DNA of 64,000 nucleotides, taken from the NCBI GenBank assembly GCA_965215125.1, contig OZ244052.1, forward strand, positions 1,120,001 through 1,184,000, written 5' to 3'. The notes under the pieces are model-generated. The model searched no databases and was not told where the DNA came from. It saw nothing but the letters and a program-made list of their open reading frames with translations. Below, piece by piece: positions 40,519-51,293 of this stretch. The translations under genes and the position numbers were made by a program. The stretch is from an uncultured candidatus Porisulfidus sp. (GTDB taxonomy: Bacteria; Pseudomonadota; Gammaproteobacteria; Poriferisulfidales; Oxydemutatoraceae). Positions within the stretch are counted from its first letter, which is position 1, and every line of letters starts with the position of its first letter.

Positions 40519-41157
40519 ATGTTAATTGCTATCGTAGATTGCGGTATAGGGAATCTATATTCGGTCAAACAAGCACTCTCGCACGCGATTTCCGGTAATC
40601 CCGAAATTGTGATTACCGACGATGTTGCGGTTGTTCGTGATGCCGATAAAGTAGTCTTTCCCGGTCAGGGTGCAGCGAAAGACTGCATGGCCGGAATCAC
40701 TCGTAAGGGTTTGGTTGAACCTCTAAAACAAGCCGCATCCGAAAAACCCTTTTTGGGTATTTGCTTGGGTCTACAGGTGTTATTTGATCATAGTGAAGAA
40801 AACGGTGGCACAAAGTGTCTAGGTCTGCTACAAGGACAAGTCAAGCATCTAAACACTGCAATTCCCGAGGAAAACAAATACAAAATTCCGCATATGGGCT
40901 GGAATAGCGTCAAACAATTAACGGATCATCCGTTATGGAATAGTATCGATAATAACGAATACTTCTATTTTGTGCATAGCTATTACATCGTTCCCGATGA
41001 CGAACGACAACAGGCGGGATGTACCGAATACGGCGTTACTTTCAGTTGTGCTGTCGCATCGGAATATATTTTTGCAGTGCAGTTTCACCCCGAAAAAAGT
41101 TCCGCTTGTGGATTGCGTTTGTTAAAAAACTTCGGAAATTGGAACGGCACCGTTTAA
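40519..41157 (+). CDS. hisH: IGP synthase glutaminase subunit
   Basis: PGQG, GICLG, QFHPEKS. Confidence 0.96.
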   Translation: MLIAIVDCGIGNLYSVKQALSHAISGNPEIVITDDVAVVRDADKVVFPGQGAAKDCMAGITRKGLVEPLKQAASEKPFLGICLGLQVLFDHSEENGGTKCLGLLQGQVKHLNTAIPEENKYKIPHMGWNSVKQLTDHPLWNSIDNNEYFYFVHSYYIVPDDERQQAGCTEYGVTFSCAVASEYIFAVQFHPEKSSACGLRLLKNFGNWNGTV

Positions 41158-41197
41158 CGGTTATAATGATAGAAAACATCACCCTATCTAAACCAAC

Positions 41198-41941
41198 ATG
41201 TTACTCATTCCCGCAATAGATCTAAAAGACGGCAAATGTGTACGTCTACGTCAGGGCATCAAGGAGCAAGAAACCGTTTTTTCCGACAACCCGATTGCCG
41301 TCGCCGAGCGTTGGGTTGCGCAACAAGCGAAGCGTCTGCATATTATAGATTTAGACGGTGCTTTTGAAGGTAAACCGCGCAATATGAAAGTTGTAGCACA
41401 AATAACCGAAGCCTTTCCCGATATATCGGTGCAAGTCGGTGGCGGCATACGAGACGACGACACCGTGCAAGCCTATTTGGATTGCGGCGCGCAGTATGTC
41501 ATTATCGGCACTCGTGCGGCAAGCCAGCCGCATATAATCAAAGATCTATGTTTGGAGTTTCCGGGGCACATCATCGTGGGTTTGGATATCAAAGACGGCA
41601 AAGTTGCAACCGAGGGCTGGTCTAAAGTATCGCACCACGACCCTATAGATTTGGCGCAACACTTTGGAGAGGATGGTGTGGTTGCGATTATTCATACCGA
41701 TGTCAGCTGCGACGGTATGATGCAAGGACCTAATATAGAAAGTTCCTTAGAATTGGCAGCTTCTACACATATACCCGTGATCGCCGCCGGTGGTTTTACG
41801 ACACTGGATAATATCAAGCGCGTATGCACCGCCGGCGAGGAAGGGATGCAGGGAATTATACTCGGGCGAGCTTTGTACGAAGGCACCATAAATCTAAAAG
41901 AGGCACATCAACTTGTAGAGAGTTTCGGGGCTTTAGAGTAG
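41198..41941 (+). CDS. hisA: ProFAR isomerase
   Basis: [21 protein letters not shown]. Confidence 0.96.
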   Translation: MLLIPAIDLKDGKCVRLRQGIKEQETVFSDNPIAVAERWVAQQAKRLHIIDLDGAFEGKPRNMKVVAQITEAFPDISVQVGGGIRDDDTVQAYLDCGAQYVIIGTRAASQPHIIKDLCLEFPGHIIVGLDIKDGKVATEGWSKVSHHDPIDLAQHFGEDGVVAIIHTDVSCDGMMQGPNIESSLELAASTHIPVIAAGGFTTLDNIKRVCTAGEEGMQGIILGRALYEGTINLKEAHQLVESFGALE

Positions 41942-41948
41942 CGGGGAG

Positions 41949-42725
41949 ATGGCATTAACTAAACGGGTTATTCCATGCTTGGATGTGGCAGGTGGGCGAG
42001 TGGTCAAGGGTGTGCGGTTCGTAGATATCAAGGATGCCGGTGATCCAGCCGAAGTTGCCAGATGCTATAACGAAGAAGGTGCCGATGAAATTACCTTTTT
42101 AGATATAACCGCAAGTTCCGATAGACGAGAGATTATGATTGATTTGGTCACTCGGGTTGCCGCCGAGGTATTTATCCCGATGACCGTAGGCGGCGGCGTA
42201 CGCAGCGTTGACGATATCCGTAACCTACACCACGCCGGTGCCGACAAAATTGCCATAAACACTGCGGCGATAGAAAACCCCGAATTTGTTAAAGAAGCGG
42301 TGTCTAAAGTAGGATCGCAATGCGTCGTTGTTGCAATAGATGCTAAACGCAGCGGTGCCGAAGCGCGCTGGGAGGTCTATACGCACGGTGGGCGCAAAGC
42401 AAGCGGCATCGAAGCGGTTGAATGGGCGCAGCGAATGGCCGAGGCGGGTGCCGGAGAAATTTTGCTGACCAGCATGGATCGAGACGGCACCAAACTGGGT
42501 TTTGATTTGGAACTCACCCGCCGCATCGGTGAATGTGTCGGCATCCCGGTCATTGCTTCCGGTGGTGTCGGTAACCTCGAACATTTAGTAGAAGGCGTTC
42601 AGTCGGGTAAAGCCGATGCCGTATTGGCTGCGAGTATTTTTCATTTTAGAGAATACTCTATCGCGCAAGCAAAGCATTATATGCGCGAACACGGCATCAA
42701 AGTCCGCATCACGTCAAGTCTATAG
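41949..42725 (+). CDS. hisF: IGP synthase cyclase subunit
   Basis: [23 protein letters not shown]. Confidence 0.96.
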   Translation: MALTKRVIPCLDVAGGRVVKGVRFVDIKDAGDPAEVARCYNEEGADEITFLDITASSDRREIMIDLVTRVAAEVFIPMTVGGGVRSVDDIRNLHHAGADKIAINTAAIENPEFVKEAVSKVGSQCVVVAIDAKRSGAEARWEVYTHGGRKASGIEAVEWAQRMAEAGAGEILLTSMDRDGTKLGFDLELTRRIGECVGIPVIASGGVGNLEHLVEGVQSGKADAVLAASIFHFREYSIAQAKHYMREHGIKVRITSSL

Positions 42726-42737
42726 GGTGTTAACGAT

Positions 42738-43061
42738 ATGGATAGCAACGATATTTTGAAACGACTGGATCAGGTGCTACAAGCGCGCAAGGCAGCCTCG
42801 TCTGCCGATTCTTATGTTGCAAGTTTGTACGATAAAGGTGTCAAAGGCATTGCCGATAAAATTTTGGAAGAAGCGCAAGAATTGACCGAAGCCGGTATCG
42901 GCGACGACAATGCGCATATCGTACACGAGGCAACCGACCTATGGTTTCATTGTTTGGTGCTGTTGGCATACAAAAATATAGATTCAACCGCAGTATTGGA
43001 CGAGTTGGTGAAACGTTTCGGTATCTCCGGACATCGGGAGAAGAGAAATCGCGCTAAATAA
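42738..43061 (+). CDS. hisE: Phosphoribosyl-ATP pyrophosphatase
   Basis: SYVASL, EEAQE, EATDLWFH. Confidence 0.94.
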   Translation: MDSNDILKRLDQVLQARKAASSADSYVASLYDKGVKGIADKILEEAQELTEAGIGDDNAHIVHEATDLWFHCLVLLAYKNIDSTAVLDELVKRFGISGHREKRNRAK

Positions 43062-43125
43062 ATTTGGATAAAGTTTGCTCGGCAATGTTAATATAGGGTT
43101 TTATAATTGAGATGAGGATATTATT

Positions 43126-43308
43126 ATGTCGTGGGGACCTTTACAGATATTATTGATACTGGTTATTGTAATTTTGTTGTTCGGCACTAAAAAGTTACGC
43201 ACCTTAGGTTCGGACTTGGGTAGTGCAATCAAAAGTTTTAAGAAATCCGTCAAGGAAGAAGAGTCGCCGACTTCGGATCAGCAACACCCCCCTAAAAAAG
43301 AAGACTAA
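43126..43308 (+). CDS. tatA: Tat translocase subunit A
   Basis: [16 protein letters not shown]. Confidence 0.95.
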   Translation: MSWGPLQILLILVIVILLFGTKKLRTLGSDLGSAIKSFKKSVKEEESPTSDQQHPPKKED

Positions 43309-43317
43309 GCTGTAAAA

Positions 43318-43719
43318 ATGTCCGATTTCGGCTTTTGGGAATTGGCACTGATTATGCTAATCGCGCTACTGATCGTAGGGCCGGAACGTTTACCGAGATT
43401 GCTTTCTACCGTCGGTCATTGGATCGGACGCATGAAGAAATTGACCGCACAACTAAAAACCGAGTTTGCCGAAGAGTCGAGTGCCCGAGATGTGAAGAGA
43501 ATTCTAAGCGATGCTCAAGACACGATACAAAAAGCGAGTAGTGACGTTAAGCGTGAATTTGTCAACACCGACCCTTTGGTCGAGGCGATAGAAGATCAAA
43601 TTGGCAAAGGGCGTTTTGAGGCGGATCCGGAGATTGATAAAACCGATAGTAACGAGCACAGTTCTAAAACCGACAAACCCGACCCCTTAAATAAAAAACA
43701 ACGCGACCACAATGGATAA
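43318..43719 (+). CDS. tatB: Tat translocase subunit B
   Basis: GFWEL, GPERLP. Confidence 0.93.
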   Translation: MSDFGFWELALIMLIALLIVGPERLPRLLSTVGHWIGRMKKLTAQLKTEFAEESSARDVKRILSDAQDTIQKASSDVKREFVNTDPLVEAIEDQIGKGRFEADPEIDKTDSNEHSSKTDKPDPLNKKQRDHNG

Positions 43720-44455
43720 AGAGCGTCCTCTGTTATCGCATTTGGTGGAATTAAGGAGCAGACTGCTAAAGATGATTGCGTGCATAGGCATTATTTTTAT
43801 CGTGTTGTTCCCTTTTGCAAACCCGCTCTATAATTATCTGTCTGCACCGTTGGTGGCACAGCTGCCGCAAGATGGAACGATGATTGCAATCGATGTGGCA
43901 TCACCCTTCTTAGCCCCTTTCAAGCTGGTTTTGTTACTTGCCGTCACCCTATCCATACCGGTATTGGTTTATCAATTTTGGGCTTTTGTCTCGCCGGGCT
44001 TATACCGCAGAGAAAAACGTTTGGCACTACCGATATTACTATCGAGCACCCTGCTCTTTTATGTGGGTATGGTTTTTGCCTATTATGTCGTGTTTCCTTT
44101 AATGTTCGGTTTTTTTAGCAGTGTTGCCCCCGAAGGCATATCGGTAATGACCGATATTAACCGCTATTTGGATTTTGTGATAAAGATTTTTATCGCGTTC
44201 GGGATTGCTTTTGAGGTGCCTATCGTCACCCTAATGTTGGTCAAAACCGGTGTCACCACAACCGAAAACCTAATTCGCAAACGCCCCTATGTTATCGTTG
44301 CCGCTTTCGTAGCCGGCATGGTACTCACACCACCCGATGTAATCTCGCAAGTATTGTTGGCAATACCGGTATGGTTGCTGTTTGAGGTCGGTATCTTCGT
44401 ATCGAAATTCGCCTTGAAAGAAAATGTGCAGGGTCCCGTTCCGATCAAAGAGTAA
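43712..44455 (+). CDS. tatC: Tat translocase subunit C
   Basis: HLVELRSR, PGLY, FEVP, TPPD. Confidence 0.96.
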   Translation: MDKERPLLSHLVELRSRLLKMIACIGIIFIVLFPFANPLYNYLSAPLVAQLPQDGTMIAIDVASPFLAPFKLVLLLAVTLSIPVLVYQFWAFVSPGLYRREKRLALPILLSSTLLFYVGMVFAYYVVFPLMFGFFSSVAPEGISVMTDINRYLDFVIKIFIAFGIAFEVPIVTLMLVKTGVTTTENLIRKRPYVIVAAFVAGMVLTPPDVISQVLLAIPVWLLFEVGIFVSKFALKENVQGPVPIKE

Positions 44456-44471
44456 CTCACAAGAAGATAGT

Positions 44472-45998
44472 ATGGAACCTAAAATAAAAAAAACCCTACT
44501 TGTGATTTTGGACGGTTACGGCATTAGCGGCAATACCGAAAACAACGCCGTATGGGTTGCCGAGACACCGCACTTGGATCGATTATTCGCCGACTATCCA
44601 CACACGCTATTGGAAGCGTCGGGTCCGGCAGTCGGGCTTCCCCACGGTCAGATAGGCAATTCCGAAGTAGGACACACGACGATGGGCTGCGGTTGTGTGA
44701 TACCTCAAGACTTAGTGCGCATAGATAACGCAATTAAAAAGCGTAGTCTGTTCAACAATAAGGTTTTGTTGGATGCGATGCATCATGCCCGAGAGAATAA
44801 CCGCCCCATACATTTGCTGGGACTGGTCTCGGACGGCGGAGTGCATTCGCATCTACGCCATTTGTCGGCACTCATAGAGCTTGCCCGAAAGGAAGGCTGT
44901 GTGCCGATTGTACATGCGATTTTGGATGGGCGCGATACCGCACCACGGTGTGCCCGCAAGTTTATGCTCGAACTAAAAGCACCGCTTGAGCAAGCCGGCG
45001 GCACTGTGGCAACCGTTATGGGTCGTTATTATGCAATGGATAGAGATAATCGTTGGAATAGAACTGCCGTGGCATGGCGAGCAATCGCCAAGGCAGAAGG
45101 TACACATGCAAAAGATATAGACGATGCTATTTCTAAAGCCTATTCCGACGAAATCAGCGACGAGTTTGTAAAACCGACTTGCTTAGATCAACATACACCG
45201 CTCGATGAAAAGGATCAGCTGATACTGTTTAATTTTAGAAACGACCGCCCGCGGCAGTTAGTTAGATCTCTGGTTTGTCATCGCTTTGATGATTTTGATC
45301 GGGGCAACTATAAGCCTGTAGCCATGACGACAATGACGGAAATTGACCGCAAACTTCCGTGCGCCGTTGCATTTTCACCGATACGACCTAAGGTGACCTT
45401 GGCTAAGGTGCTCAGCGATATGAATTTAAAGCAATTTCACTGTGCCGAGACGGAAAAGTATCCGCATGTTACTTTTTTCTTTAACGGTGGCGTAGAGGAT
45501 CCCCTACCCGGGGAAACACACCGCCTGATACCGTCGCCTAAAGTCAGAACGTACGACCTGATGCCGGAAATGAGTGCTAAAGCAGTCGCAGACGAAGTCA
45601 TCTCGGCACTGACCCGACCCGAATACGCATTCGTCGTTGTCAACTTTGCCAATATGGATATGGTAGGACATACCGCGGTGCCCGACCCGATTATAAAAGC
45701 GGTTGAAACCGTAGACCGACAACTCGGTCTAGTCGTAGATGCTGCGCTAAAACATGGTTGGCAGATATTGATTACCGCAGATCATGGAAACTGCGACGAG
45801 ATGTTGGATCCGAAGACCGGCCAGCCGAACACCATGCACACGACCAATCCGGTGCCGTGTTTGATCGCCGGCATGAACGAAATACCGCAACTGGCAAAGG
45901 GGTATAGCATCAGTAGCGTTGCACCGACGATTTTAGATATGATGGATATTCGTATTCCTCCCGAAATGGATGCCCCTTCGGTTATCGTGTGTGATTGA
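44472..45998 (+). CDS. gpmI: 2,3-bisphosphoglycerate-independent phosphoglycerate mutase
   Basis: ILDG, GNSEVGH, AETEKYPHVT, TADHGN. Confidence 0.96.
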   Translation: MEPKIKKTLLVILDGYGISGNTENNAVWVAETPHLDRLFADYPHTLLEASGPAVGLPHGQIGNSEVGHTTMGCGCVIPQDLVRIDNAIKKRSLFNNKVLLDAMHHARENNRPIHLLGLVSDGGVHSHLRHLSALIELARKEGCVPIVHAILDGRDTAPRCARKFMLELKAPLEQAGGTVATVMGRYYAMDRDNRWNRTAVAWRAIAKAEGTHAKDIDDAISKAYSDEISDEFVKPTCLDQHTPLDEKDQLILFNFRNDRPRQLVRSLVCHRFDDFDRGNYKPVAMTTMTEIDRKLPCAVAFSPIRPKVTLAKVLSDMNLKQFHCAETEKYPHVTFFFNGGVEDPLPGETHRLIPSPKVRTYDLMPEMSAKAVADEVISALTRPEYAFVVVNFANMDMVGHTAVPDPIIKAVETVDRQLGLVVDAALKHGWQILITADHGNCDEMLDPKTGQPNTMHTTNPVPCLIAGMNEIPQLAKGYSISSVAPTILDMMDIRIPPEMDAPSVIVCD

Positions 45999-46005
45999 AC
46001 TCCGA

Positions 46006-46698
46006 TTATTCCTCGGCACTTTGGGCGTATGAGCGTAATATTTCTTGTACCCGACTAATCGGATAATCCTTGCGGATCGGAATAAAAGTGCCACCTTTTC
46101 TAATATTCGCTTTGTAGGCATCCAGCAATTGTGCCCTGACCCCGGCCGGGTATTCTTTGAAGTCATGCAAAAGTTTGCGCTTGATGGTGCCTTCGACTTC
46201 AATCTCCCGGGTGCCGAATACCAGGTATTTACGCTCGTATTCTTTGATGCGCAAACCCTTGAAATAAATCCTGTAAAGTACTTGGGGACACACTTTGACT
46301 CTTGCCTCCACATCGGGGTTGTTGCCGGCTGCGATGCAAAAAGGACTCTTAAAGTCCAACCAATCGCGAGTTATTCTGATATCTTCCCCGGCAATAGCGG
46401 TTTTCAACAACGAAATGTCGTCTTCCTCTTTTTGTAGCCGTCGTTCTATGCGTAGTCGCCCTTCTAATTCTTTGTTGTACGCTTCGTAGTCTCCTTCATC
46501 TTGTTCGGTGGGTTCACCGAATTGTCTAGGTTTAGCTGCCTCGCAAATAGCAACCACCTGTTCTCGGCTGAACCCCTTTTTGAGAAAATATTCTACATCG
46601 TTGCGGCTACATTCGGCTTGTGCAAGGGGCGCATAAAATAACAAGACACCCAAATTAAGTGTCACGGCAATAAGAAAATAAAGTTTGTTAATCATCAT
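46006..46698 (-). CDS. Hypothetical exported protein
   Basis: Signal peptide ending AQA; paired cysteines; no recognised domain. Confidence 0.7.
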   Translation of the reverse strand: MMINKLYFLIAVTLNLGVLLFYAPLAQAECSRNDVEYFLKKGFSREQVVAICEAAKPRQFGEPTEQDEGDYEAYNKELEGRLRIERRLQKEEDDISLLKTAIAGEDIRITRDWLDFKSPFCIAAGNNPDVEARVKVCPQVLYRIYFKGLRIKEYERKYLVFGTREIEVEGTIKRKLLHDFKEYPAGVRAQLLDAYKANIRKGGTFIPIRKDYPISRVQEILRSYAQSAEE

Positions 46699-46764
46699 CG
46701 TTCAATCTTTTTAATAACAGAATTATACCCGATAGCAACGGTGGTTCTATTTCAATTTTGAGAA

Positions 46765-46854
46765 CGGAGAGGGTGGGATTCGAACCCACGTGCCGACTTA
46801 TGTCGACCATCTGATTTCGAGTCAGCGCCGTTATGACCGCTTCGGTACCTCTCC
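46765..46854 (-). tRNA. tRNA-Ser(CGA), CCA not encoded
   Basis: GGAGAGG/CCTCTCC acceptor stem, anticodon loop CT-CGA-AA, long variable arm, GGTTCGAATCC. Confidence 0.95.
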
Positions 46855-46905
46855 TATGTCGTATTGTGTAAATCGTACGATGATTTTACCTTAAAACAAA
46901 TCGGT

Positions 46906-47547
46906 CTAATAGACGACGGGTTGCGGATCTATACTGCGCCATAGATACCATGTTGCGACAGTACGCCAAGGTTTCCAGCGAATTGCGAGCTTATGCAAGT
47001 TTTTAGGTGTCAATTTTTTGCCGTGATTGTACTCCTTATAAATTGCATTAAGCAAACCTAAATCACCCAGTGGCAACACATCGGGGTATTTTAGATAAAA
47101 AATAGCGAACATTTGAAATGTCCAATGACCGACACCCTTGATAGCGAGCAAGGCATTTTGCAGTTCCTCAAATGTATGGTGATGCCAATACCGGCGGGTA
47201 ATTTTTTGTTGTATGAAAAAGTGTGCGATATTTTTCAGATATTGCGCTTTCTGTGCCGACAAGCCGCATCGCCGCAGGGTGTTGAAATGGCAACGATAGA
47301 TCGCAGTCGGTTGCGGTTGCGAGGTGCCGAAATGTGTTTCCAGCCGTTGCCAGATGCTGTCTGCCGCTTGCACCGAGATTTGCTGACCGACGATGGCGCG
47401 ACACAGCACCGTAAAAGCATCTTTGCCACCGCTTAAATAGCTTTGCTTAAATCGTCCGATCAAATTCGCCATTATCGGATCACCGGCGGATAATTCTTTG
47501 CAGGCTCGCTGCCAGTATTGAGGCTGCTGATTAGACGACATAGTCAA
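46906..47547 (-). CDS. alkA: DNA-3-methyladenine glycosylase II (HhH-GPD)
   Basis: IVGQQIS, IKGVGHWT, DLGL, PWRTVATWYLW. Confidence 0.88.
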   Translation of the reverse strand: MTMSSNQQPQYWQRACKELSAGDPIMANLIGRFKQSYLSGGKDAFTVLCRAIVGQQISVQAADSIWQRLETHFGTSQPQPTAIYRCHFNTLRRCGLSAQKAQYLKNIAHFFIQQKITRRYWHHHTFEELQNALLAIKGVGHWTFQMFAIFYLKYPDVLPLGDLGLLNAIYKEYNHGKKLTPKNLHKLAIRWKPWRTVATWYLWRSIDPQPVVY

Positions 47548-49372
47548 AACGATTTTTTGTCTCGGAATGCATCGCTACATCGGCTTTAGATTTTTGTTGT
47601 AATTGCCACAAAGAGGCATACAAACCGGCTTTATCGAGCAGTTCCGTATGGGTGCCTCGTTCAACTATGCGAGCTTTGCGCATAACCAAAATAGTATCGG
47701 CATCAACCACCGTCGATAAGCGATGTGCAATAACCAATGTGGTGATGCCGGCTGCAATTTTATCCAATAGTCGGAGTATCGTTTTTTCCGAATGTGAGTC
47801 TAAATTGGATGTTGCCTCATCAAAAACCAATATAGACGGTTTTTTTAATAACGCTCTTGCGATGGCAATCTTTTGCCGCTCGCCGCCGGACAATTTCAGA
47901 CCCCGCTCGCCGACAACCGTATCGTATCCTTTAGGGAGTGCCGAGATAAAGTCGTGCAGACCGACTTGCTCGGAGATTCTAACGACATCTGCTTGTTCCA
48001 CATTTTCAGGACAACCATAGAGTATATTGGCGTGTAGACTACGGTTGAACAATACGGTATCTTGCGGGACGATGCCGATGCGAGATCTTAAGCTGTGTTG
48101 TTTATATGCGCGTAAGTCTTTGCCGCCGATCAAAATACGACCGCTATTCACATCGTAAAAACGAAATAACAGGCGAACCAGCGTAGATTTTCCTGAGCCC
48201 GAAGGTCCTACGACAGCGACTTTATTGCCGGCAGGTACGACCAAAGATATATTTTTCACAACCACCCGTTGTGGTTGATACCCGAAACTTACATTTTCAA
48301 AGACAATGTCTTTAGCTTGTTTGGGCATCGCTATTGTCGAGATACCGTCTTTCACCTCCGGTTCGCGTGCCAGCAACTTGAGTATCATATCCATATCGAC
48401 GAGTGCATAACGCACGGCGCGGTAGACTATACCCAAAGTGTTCAACGGCATAAACAACTGCAACATCATGGTATTGATTAGTATTAGGTCTCCTAAACTC
48501 AAGCTACCGTTTATCACACCGTTGGCTGCAAACAGCATGACGAGGCTCACACCGAGCGCAATAATAAATCCCTGTCCAAAGTTCAACAAGGACATCGTTG
48601 TTTGGCTTTTCACGGCAACTTGTTCCCAATCTTCAAGCAGGTCGGCGTAACGCTTACATTCAAACGATTCTTTGTTGAAGTATTTGACGGTTTCGTAGTT
48701 AATCACGCTGTCGACCGCAAGACCGTTTGCTTGCGAGTCGAGTGCATTCATCTGATAGCGAAACTGCATACGCCAATTCGTGAATAGCACAGTAAACACG
48801 ATATAAATGCCTACCGTTGCAAAAACTACGCCGCCGAAGGATGGTGCGTAGGTGCTGAATAGATAAATTGCAACCAGTATAAATTCTACGATAACCGGCA
48901 AGATATGAAACACCATATAGTTCAGCACCAAAGAAATACTCTGAGTGCCTCGCTCCAGATCTCTAAATATCGCACCGGTTTCACGAGACAAATGGAAAGA
49001 GAGCGACAGTTCGTGAAGGTGGCGAAGCACTTGTGTCGAGAGTTGTTGCATTGCGCGGTAGCGAACCCGTGCAAAAATAATATCCCGCAACTCGTTAAAT
49101 AAACTGCTCAAAGCCCGCAATCCACCGTATCCGAGTAGAAGCGCAATCGGCACGACTAAAACTTGGGTGTCCGCAGCATTGAGCTTGTCGACGATTTCTT
49201 TCAGGACCAACGGTACGCCTATAATTGCGATTTTGGCGAAGATCAGGCTGGTCAACGCAATTACGACGCGGCCGCGATATTCCCAAATATACGGCGTGAT
49301 GCGTTTGAGATTAGACCAGTCACTTAAATTGTTCTGCGGTACCGAGATACGCCGCGCTACGAAACTAAACAT
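47531..49372 (-). CDS. ATM1/ABCB7-type ABC exporter
   Basis: NYETVKYF, GPSGSGKS, LSGGE, DEATS. Confidence 0.9.
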   Translation of the reverse strand: MFSFVARRISVPQNNLSDWSNLKRITPYIWEYRGRVVIALTSLIFAKIAIIGVPLVLKEIVDKLNAADTQVLVVPIALLLGYGGLRALSSLFNELRDIIFARVRYRAMQQLSTQVLRHLHELSLSFHLSRETGAIFRDLERGTQSISLVLNYMVFHILPVIVEFILVAIYLFSTYAPSFGGVVFATVGIYIVFTVLFTNWRMQFRYQMNALDSQANGLAVDSVINYETVKYFNKESFECKRYADLLEDWEQVAVKSQTTMSLLNFGQGFIIALGVSLVMLFAANGVINGSLSLGDLILINTMMLQLFMPLNTLGIVYRAVRYALVDMDMILKLLAREPEVKDGISTIAMPKQAKDIVFENVSFGYQPQRVVVKNISLVVPAGNKVAVVGPSGSGKSTLVRLLFRFYDVNSGRILIGGKDLRAYKQHSLRSRIGIVPQDTVLFNRSLHANILYGCPENVEQADVVRISEQVGLHDFISALPKGYDTVVGERGLKLSGGERQKIAIARALLKKPSILVFDEATSNLDSHSEKTILRLLDKIAAGITTLVIAHRLSTVVDADTILVMRKARIVERGTHTELLDKAGLYASLWQLQQKSKADVAMHSETKNRFDYVV

Positions 49373-50357
49373 GATATTTATACAAAGTTAGACGTAGACT
49401 TCGGTACAATTTATACAGTAGAAGGCGTGGTTGCTCGGTTCGCAATCCTTTCTGCAGATAAAGTATAAATAAATCTATCACTGCTTTATTGTATAAAGAC
49501 CACGCCAAGGAACGGCGCAAACAATCTTCCGCTGTATCTAACGAACGGCAATTCTCTTCAAGCGTAATTTGCCCGGCGCGCCGCCATCTGTGTGCCAATA
49601 CTCGTCGATATTCTTTGCGCGAGATATGCTTCAGAGCAGTAGATATTAAAACGCTATTCTCAAAGCCCAAACACCATATTATGTGTTTGTTGTGATAACG
49701 GTCGGAGAGCCGCGATGCCAGCCTGTTAAAAATCACCGGACAGTCGGCGATGTAGAGCCATTTACCCAAGTCGGCAACACGCATAAACAATTCAACATCG
49801 TGTCCGGTCGGTATTGCTTCGTTGTAGCCGCCGAGTTTGTATATAAACTTGCCACGAAAAACAGTGCATGAGGCGATACCCGCACCCATAGTAAAAAACC
49901 ATAACCACGGATTTTTGGATATTTTTCGTTGCTTATATCGAGTGGTTTTGTCGCTGGATAAGTCTTTAACGATGCGATCGCTACTTACTGCGACCGCATT
50001 AGGCTTATCTTTTAGGGTGGCAACCGCTTTTTCCAGAAAATTAGGCGGCGGAATATCGTCCGAATCCAAAAAATAAACATAAGGATACTCGCCTTGGGTT
50101 TGTCGCAGCCCGGTATTTCTGGCCTCGGAAGCCCCCTTGTTTAGCGAATGAACAATCAACTGCGTACTAAAAGTTAAAGCAGAGTTATTCAGCCACTCAC
50201 CGACCACGTCCGGTGTGTTATCGGTTGAACCGTCGTCCACGACAATCAGATGTGCGGGTTGTAATGTTTGCTTACGAACGGCTTCCAATGTTGCCACAAT
50301 CGCATCGGGGCGATTCATAACAGGAATTATAACTAAAACCCCGGAACTATTTTCCAT
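49365..50357 (-). CDS. Glycosyltransferase family 2
   Basis: VVDDGSTD, ARNTG, FLDSDD, GHDVEL. Confidence 0.9.
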   Translation of the reverse strand: MENSSGVLVIIPVMNRPDAIVATLEAVRKQTLQPAHLIVVDDGSTDNTPDVVGEWLNNSALTFSTQLIVHSLNKGASEARNTGLRQTQGEYPYVYFLDSDDIPPPNFLEKAVATLKDKPNAVAVSSDRIVKDLSSDKTTRYKQRKISKNPWLWFFTMGAGIASCTVFRGKFIYKLGGYNEAIPTGHDVELFMRVADLGKWLYIADCPVIFNRLASRLSDRYHNKHIIWCLGFENSVLISTALKHISRKEYRRVLAHRWRRAGQITLEENCRSLDTAEDCLRRSLAWSLYNKAVIDLFILYLQKGLRTEQPRLLLYKLYRSLRLTLYKYHV

Positions 50358-51293
50358 CTATACACCGACCGTATCGGAAAGATGCGCTTTTCTCCTTAAA
50401 CGAGAAATTTTTATCAAATACTTAAACGCCGGATTGAATAATCGCCAACTCAGAGAACGCGTAAAACAATCATGTGCTTCCTCAATCCGCCGATGAGACA
50501 ATAATTCTCGGCCGGCTTCAAACCATGCCTTTGCTAGAACGGCACGATAGATTTTTCTCGCTATTCGGTCACGCGCTTTATAGGTATCTAATAAATTTTC
50601 ATAAATCAAAGCCCATCGTCTATAGTAATCGGGGAATTGCGACTGCATATCCACTTTTGTTTGAAAGAGAGATAGGGTTGCTACACAGTCCGGAATATAA
50701 CACCACGCGCCCTGATTAGAGACGCGGGCAAAGAAGTCGGTATCGCCACCTATCAAAAGCAAAGGGTTAAATTTCCCTGCTTTTTCAACGGCGTGACTGC
50801 GTAAGAGAATAGCACCGGCTATTTCTAATTTGTTGCGCATTAACCATAACCATGGATTTTCAATGAAATCGTCCGAATGTATTTCTGCATTTGGACTATT
50901 TACCGGTTTCACTCGTGCCGGTATTGCTGCCACACAGTCTTGTCGGGTTGTTAATCTTTGTGTAGCCTTTTCATAAAAATCTTCGGGTAGTTCAATATTC
51001 GAGTTTACAAAATGGATACACCGACAATCGCCTACGCGATTTAAGCCGACATTTCTCGCTGCAATAAAAGTAGTATCGGGTTCGTGTTCTATGCATATCA
51101 GCTGTAGAGCAGGTACCATTTTTTCAATACGGCTTTGCAGAGTGGCGATAGCATCTGTCTCGGATTTGTCGTGAACCACGATCAGTCGTTCGGGTTTTAC
51201 AGTTTGTGCAATAATAGAGTCTATCGCACCATACGGAATACTTGCCTTATTGTCCGGTGTACATATAACCGCAACAGAAAGTTTATCGTTCAT
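50358..51293 (-). CDS. Degenerate glycosyltransferase family 2 paralog
   Basis: ARNVG retained; FVNSN replaces FLDSDD; C-terminal helices like those of its neighbours. Confidence 0.75.
   Translation of the reverse strand: MNDKLSVAVICTPDNKASIPYGAIDSIIAQTVKPERLIVVHDKSETDAIATLQSRIEKMVPALQLICIEHEPDTTFIAARNVGLNRVGDCRCIHFVNSNIELPEDFYEKATQRLTTRQDCVAAIPARVKPVNSPNAEIHSDDFIENPWLWLMRNKLEIAGAILLRSHAVEKAGKFNPLLLIGGDTDFFARVSNQGAWCYIPDCVATLSLFQTKVDMQSQFPDYYRRWALIYENLLDTYKARDRIARKIYRAVLAKAWFEAGRELLSHRRIEEAHDCFTRSLSWRLFNPAFKYLIKISRLRRKAHLSDTVGV

Noticed and set aside
46006-46854. Integrative element at tRNA-Ser
   Set aside because: No integrase and no duplicated tRNA 3' end seen
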